Shown: in pieces, positions 60,069 to 64,000 of the stretch
Numbering within the stretch: position 1 is the stretch's first letter
Layout of the letters: every line of letters starts with the position of its first letter
Source of the DNA: an uncultured Acidobacteriota bacterium
Lineage (GTDB): Bacteria > Acidobacteriota > Thermoanaerobaculia > Multivoradales > UBA5704
Length of the DNA: 64,000 bases
Assembly (NCBI GenBank): GCA_963700145.1
Contig: OY969474.1
Location: 3,552,001-3,616,000, forward strand
Direction of reading: 5' to 3'
Program-made: the position numbers and the translations under genes
Notes under the pieces: generated by a model
The model's database searches: none
What the model was told of the DNA's origin: nothing
Seen by the model: only the letters and a program-made list of their open reading frames with translations

Positions 60069-60485
60069 TCAACGTCGGCCGGGCTTCTTCCTCGCCGCTC
60101 CGGGCTTCGTCTTCTTCGCGGCGGATTCCAGGATGCCCGGGTTGATGATGCCGCCGCCGATGCCGCCCATGACGCCGCCGCGGCCGGTCGGTGGCTTGAT
60201 CAGGATGACGCGGACGATCGTGCTGTTGCTCTTGCCGGGCTGGACGTCGTGGTCGATCGATACGGTCCACCCGTGGTTGAAGCCGTCGCGCAGCAGGGCG
60301 AGCATGCCCTCGCGCGCCGGGCCGCGGTTGTCGTCGCGCAGCTTGAAGCCCATGGCCTTGCCCGGCAGCCCCTGGAACTGGACGACGACCTCGACGTCGA
60401 GCTGGTCGGCCGGCGGCCCGAACTTCGAGCCCAGCTCGTGCACCCGCAGCAGACTGAGCTTCCCGGTCACGTTCTCGATGCCCAT
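60069..60485 (-). CDS. Hypothetical protein homologous to the C-terminal domain of the upstream gene
   Basis: GKLSLLRVHELGSKFGPPADQLDVEVVV...GFKLRD...GMLALLRDGFN. Confidence 0.75.
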   Translation of the reverse strand: MGIENVTGKLSLLRVHELGSKFGPPADQLDVEVVVQFQGLPGKAMGFKLRDDNRGPAREGMLALLRDGFNHGWTVSIDHDVQPGKSNSTIVRVILIKPPTGRGGVMGGIGGGIINPGILESAAKKTKPGAARKKPGRR

Positions 60486-60502
60486 GGCTCGCCTCCGTTT
60501 CG

Positions 60503-63229
60503 CTAGCGTGCGATGACGCGGACGATCCGGCCGGTCCGGCAGCCGGAGCGCACGAACTCGATCCGCACCGGCCGGCCGCGGTTGAATGTGTCGCGCAAGA
60601 CGTCGAGCATGCCTTTCGCCACCCGGCGGTCGGCGTTGTCGCGCAGCTGCAGGCCGAAGGCCTTCTCCGGCTCGCTGTCGAGCTCGACGATGACCTCGGC
60701 GTCGAGCCGGTCGGTCGGCGGGCCGAAGCCGCCGCCCAGCTCGTGGACGCGCAAGCGCGTGATCCGGCCCTCGGCGGCCTGCAGGCTGCCGAGCGGGAAG
60801 TCCCAATCGGGCGGCAGCGGGGAGAGGCGCAGCAGGCCGCGGTTGCTGGTCGCCACACGTAGAGCGCGCGCGGGCAGGAGACGAAGTCGTAGGCCGCGTT
60901 GACGGGACGCATGGCGGCGGCCGACGACAGCAGCAGGTGGGTCCACGTCCGGCCGTCGAGGGTGTGGAAGACGCCCGCCGGGCCGATCGCGAAGCGGACG
61001 CCGGCACGGTCGGGGTCGAACAGCATGTCGCGGATGAGGGCCTGGTCGGGATCGCCGTCGACCGGGTTGTCGCGGGGGTACTTGAAAAGGGAACTGCCCG
61101 TTCTCGGTGACGGCGGCCTCGAGCGGCCTGTCGATCCCCCAGCTCGCGCCGCCGTCGTCCGAGCGCCAGACGTGGTCCTCCACCAAGTAGACCAGGCTCG
61201 GGCGGTACGGATCGACGAAGAAGCGGCGGACGAAGAGAGGCGGGGACGGCTGCGGGAATGGCCCGCTGCCGACTTCGGGCACGAGCTGCTGCCAGGCCGC
61301 CATGCCCGCGGTCCACCTCCACAAAGTGGGCGCGTGTTCACCTACGAGCCCCGCGCCGGGGAGCGTCCCGCCGGTCTCCTTTGGGGGAGCGCTGACGTAG
61401 AACACCGGCGCCGCGTGGCCGCCCGAGACCTGGACCACAGAGACCTCGGGGCTCGGCAGCGGCGGCCCGACGAGGAAGACGCGCACGCCGGGGTCGTCGG
61501 CGGTCTCGGACGTCAGCCAGTGGCTCTCGTGCTCGATCGAGCTCAGCTTCGTGGTCCGCAGCAGCACCGGCCCCGAGGCGCTGAAACGGAGGACCACGAA
61601 GTCGCCGTCGGGCGGCGGCGTCTCGCCGCGCAGCGTCAGGACGAGCGGCCGGTAGCCGAGCCCGACGAAGTTGCTCACCGCCGACCACGCCGCCTTGAGC
61701 TTCGTGGGGTCGGTCTCGCCGTCCGGCGGCGGGGCGCCGGGGATGAGTCGTGCCTCGCGCGTGCCGAGCGCGGCGTTCGGCGGCGTGGCGTCGGGGCTCA
61801 CGTAGAGGTGGAGAAGCCCCGTGCCGGTGCCGGCGTCCCCCTTTTCGTCGCGCGGCGCGAAGACGATCAACCGGGAGGGCTGGAGGGGGTCGGCGAAGCA
61901 GCAGTCGTTGTCGCCGCCGAGGTAGTGCTGCGTCTGCCAGCGGGCGCCGCCGTCCCGGCTCCAGAAGCCGGAGTTGTCCGGCCCGCCGAAGCAGATCCCC
62001 GGGCCGCGGCGCCCGGGGTTGACCGCCACGTTGACCAGGCCGAGCGTCGCGAGCCCTTTGCCGTTCCGCCAGCTCCGCGCGCCGTTGGTGCTGAAGTTGG
62101 CGCCGCCGTCGTTGACCAGCAGGATGCGCCCGTGGCGCGTCAGCGGGGTGTCGGTGGCGAGCGGCCGCCGGAAGTCGGGGGTGAGCGCGAGGCCGTGCGG
62201 ATCGAGGTGGCAGTTGCGGTCCTCGATGCGGAACCAGCTTCCGGTCGCGTTCGGCTCGCCGAACGTGGCCTGCAGCGTGCGGCGATCGGAGGCGATGAGG
62301 TGGAAGAACCCGTTCGGCGCCAGGTGGGCGGCGACGAAGCTGGTGCCGCTGGCGGTCGTGCCCGGGAAGTCCGACCGCATCGGCGGCAGGCGCGTCCAGG
62401 AGCCGGGAGCGCCGGCGGGGAATGTCGGGAAGTCGCCGCGGTGGACGATCCCTTCGCCGTCCTCGAACGTCGCGACGTAGAGGAGGGTCGGGTCGCCCGG
62501 GTGGATCGAGAGGCTGCGCGAGCTCTGGCCGCTGCCGTCGGCCGGCGGGCCGAGGGAGAGCGGCTGGGGGTCCTGGCGCCAGGTGAGCCCCTCGTCGAGC
62601 GAGAACCAGATGTGCGAGCCCGCGGCGTAGACGCGGCGGCGGCCTCCGAGCACGGTACGGCGCGCGACCGCGACGTACCACACACGCTCGTTGTCGGGGT
62701 CCTGCTGCGGCACGCTCTCGGTCCAGGTCAAGCCACCGTCGAGGCTGCGGGCGACGGCGAGCCCGCCGGCGGCGAAGACGAGGCGCGGGTCGTCCGGCGC
62801 CGCCCCCAGGCAGCTTGCCTCCTCCACGTCGGCGCCGCGCACGAACTGGTGGACGCGGCCCCACGTCGCGCCGCCGTCGGCCGAGCGCCAGACGCCCGCC
62901 TGGTCGGGGCGGCGAGCGTCGCGGCCCACCGCCGCGAGCACGACGTCCGGGTCGGCCGCCGAGACCAGGAGGTCGTAGACGTTGGGGACGGGGAGCGCGC
63001 CGGGGACGGCGGCGCCGGCGACGGCGGGCTGCGGCCACTCCAGGTGCCGCCAATTGCGGCCGCCGTCGTCCGACCGCCACACCCCGGAGTGCCCGCCCAG
63101 GTAGCCGCGGAACCCGTCGGGCGAGAGGGCGCAACAGAGCGCCTTACCCGACACCGACTGGAGGATGCGCCCGATGCGCAGACTGGTGTTGTCGTCGCGC
63201 GGGCTGACGTCCTCGATGCGCACGGCCAT
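60503..63229 (-). CDS. BNR/Asp-box beta-propeller protein with two compensating frameshifts
   Basis: Repeated WRSDDGG..W / SLDGG..W; segment ~61085-60856 is protein-like only in an alternative frame. Confidence 0.78.
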   Translation of the reverse strand: MAVRIEDVSPRDDNTSLRIGRILQSVSGKALCCALSPDGFRGYLGGHSGVWRSDDGGRNWRHLEWPQPAVAGAAVPGALPVPNVYDLLVSAADPDVVLAAVGRDARRPDQAGVWRSADGGATWGRVHQFVRGADVEEASCLGAAPDDPRLVFAAGGLAVARSLDGGLTWTESVPQQDPDNERVWYVAVARRTVLGGRRRVYAAGSHIWFSLDEGLTWRQDPQPLSLGPPADGSGQSSRSLSIHPGDPTLLYVATFEDGEGIVHRGDFPTFPAGAPGSWTRLPPMRSDFPGTTASGTSFVAAHLAPNGFFHLIASDRRTLQATFGEPNATGSWFRIEDRNCHLDPHGLALTPDFRRPLATDTPLTRHGRILLVNDGGANFSTNGARSWRNGKGLATLGLVNVAVNPGRRGPGICFGGPDNSGFWSRDGGARWQTQHYLGGDNDCCFADPLQPSRLIVFAPRDEKGDAGTGTGLLHLYVSPDATPPNAALGTREARLIPGAPPPDGETDPTKLKAAWSAVSNFVGLGYRPLVLTLRGETPPPDGDFVVLRFSASGPVLLRTTKLSSIEHESHWLTSETADDPGVRVFLVGPPLPSPEVSVVQVSGGHAAPVFYVSAPPKETGGTLPGAGLVGEHAPTLWRWTAGMAAWQQLVPEVGSGPFPQPSPPLFVRRFFVDPYRPSLVYLVEDHVWRSDDGGASWGIDRPLEAAVTENGQFPFQVPPRQPGRRRSRPGPHPRHAVRPRPCRRPLRDRPGGRLPHPRRPDVDPPAAVVGRRHASRQRGLRLRLLPARALRVATSNRGLLRLSPLPPDWDFPLGSLQAAEGRITRLRVHELGGGFGPPTDRLDAEVIVELDSEPEKAFGLQLRDNADRRVAKGMLDVLRDTFNRGRPVRIEFVRSGCRTGRIVRVIAR

Positions 63230-63318
63230 GGGGGTCTCAGGGGGCCTTCACTTGAAAGCGTGCCGCGCCGGGGTCCGCACGGGACGGTGGCATCCGGGCG
63301 TATGCTCCCGCCGAGCCG

Positions 63319-63765
63319 ATGCACGCCACCACCTCCGCAACTCCTCAGACGGTCCTCGAGGCGCTCCGCGAGCGGCTGGCGCGGCGGCCGGAGGTCCTCG
63401 AAGCGTACCTCTTCGGCTCACACGCGCGGGGCGAGGCGGCGGCGCACAGCGACCTCGACCTCGCCGTCTACGTCGACCCCGAACGCCTGCCGCCGGCCCC
63501 GTACGGCTACGCCGCCGCGCTCGCCGGCGACCTGATGGCCGGGCTCGGCGTCGAGCGGCTCGACGTCGTCGTCCTCAACGACGCCCCGCCGCTGCTCTAT
63601 CACCGGGTGCTGCGCGACGGCGAGCGGCTGCTGAGCCGCGACCTCGCCGCGACGACGACGCGGGAAGGTCGCGCCCTGTCGCGCTACTGCGACTACCGGC
63701 AGCAGCTCCGCAAGGTGGACCGGGAGCTCGACAGGCGCCTGGCCGACGGCAGCTTCGGGCGATGA
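63319..63765 (+). CDS. MNT nucleotidyltransferase antitoxin (type VII TA)
   Basis: YLFGSHARG...SDLDLAV, DVVVLN. Confidence 0.88.
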   Translation: MHATTSATPQTVLEALRERLARRPEVLEAYLFGSHARGEAAAHSDLDLAVYVDPERLPPAPYGYAAALAGDLMAGLGVERLDVVVLNDAPPLLYHRVLRDGERLLSRDLAATTTREGRALSRYCDYRQQLRKVDRELDRRLADGSFGR

Positions 63766-63766
63766 G

Positions 63767-64000
63767 ATGAGCCCCGGGCGTCTCGACGCGGCCGTCGTCC
63801 GCCGCCACTTGCTGGCGCTCGACGAGGCGCTGCAGGTCCTGCGCGGCCATCAGGGGCGGAGCCTCGAGGAGCTGGCGTCAGACCGGGAGGAGCGCTGGAT
63901 CGTCGAGCGGGGGCTCCAGCTCTGCGCCCAGAACGCCCTCGACGTGGCGACCCACCTCGCGGCGAGCGCCGGCCACGACGTGCCCGACTACGCCGCCGCC
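63767..64000 (+). CDS. HEPN/DUF86 toxin, 3'-partial
   Basis: MSPGRLD...VERGLQLCAQNALDVATHL directly after the MNT gene. Confidence 0.8.
   Translation, partial: MSPGRLDAAVVRRHLLALDEALQVLRGHQGRSLEELASDREERWIVERGLQLCAQNALDVATHLAASAGHDVPDYAAA

Overview
High-GC bacterial chromosome segment, probably Acidobacteriota (Thermoanaerobaculia-like; inferred from the C-terminal domain at 55.9 kb and the futalosine genes). Host backbone: a beta-glucan utilisation cluster (GH144-like, sugar ABC transporter, discoidin-domain glycosidase, GH94, GH1), LysR, a MacB-type ABC transporter with a two-component system, succinate dehydrogenase, thiG, panBCD, a deoxynucleoside kinase, mqnE/mqnP and a Ser/Thr kinase. 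Accessory DNA (about 19-32 kb and 57-64 kb) carries three IS256 copies, many toxin-antitoxin modules or remnants, a lone TIR protein and a low-GC pair of GHKL-ATPase/nuclease plus DNA methyltransferase beside tRNA-Arg. Main results: (1) two probable selenoproteins split or truncated by the ORF track, a MerB-like lyase and a cation/H+ antiporter-rhodanese fusion (C-T-U), each with a SECIS-like hairpin right after the UGA; (2) swapped 9-bp target duplications showing that 22489-57310 is inverted between IS copies 1 and 3, splitting a PIN toxin gene; (3) unexplained 21-nt-periodic degenerate arrays of different consensus at three loci, one built from phased palindromes; (4) two probable CTG start codons, a mosaic triplicated beta-helix gene, a tRNA-Gly fragment and a pan-motif RNA. 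Family assignments come from motif recognition by eye; no database search was run.
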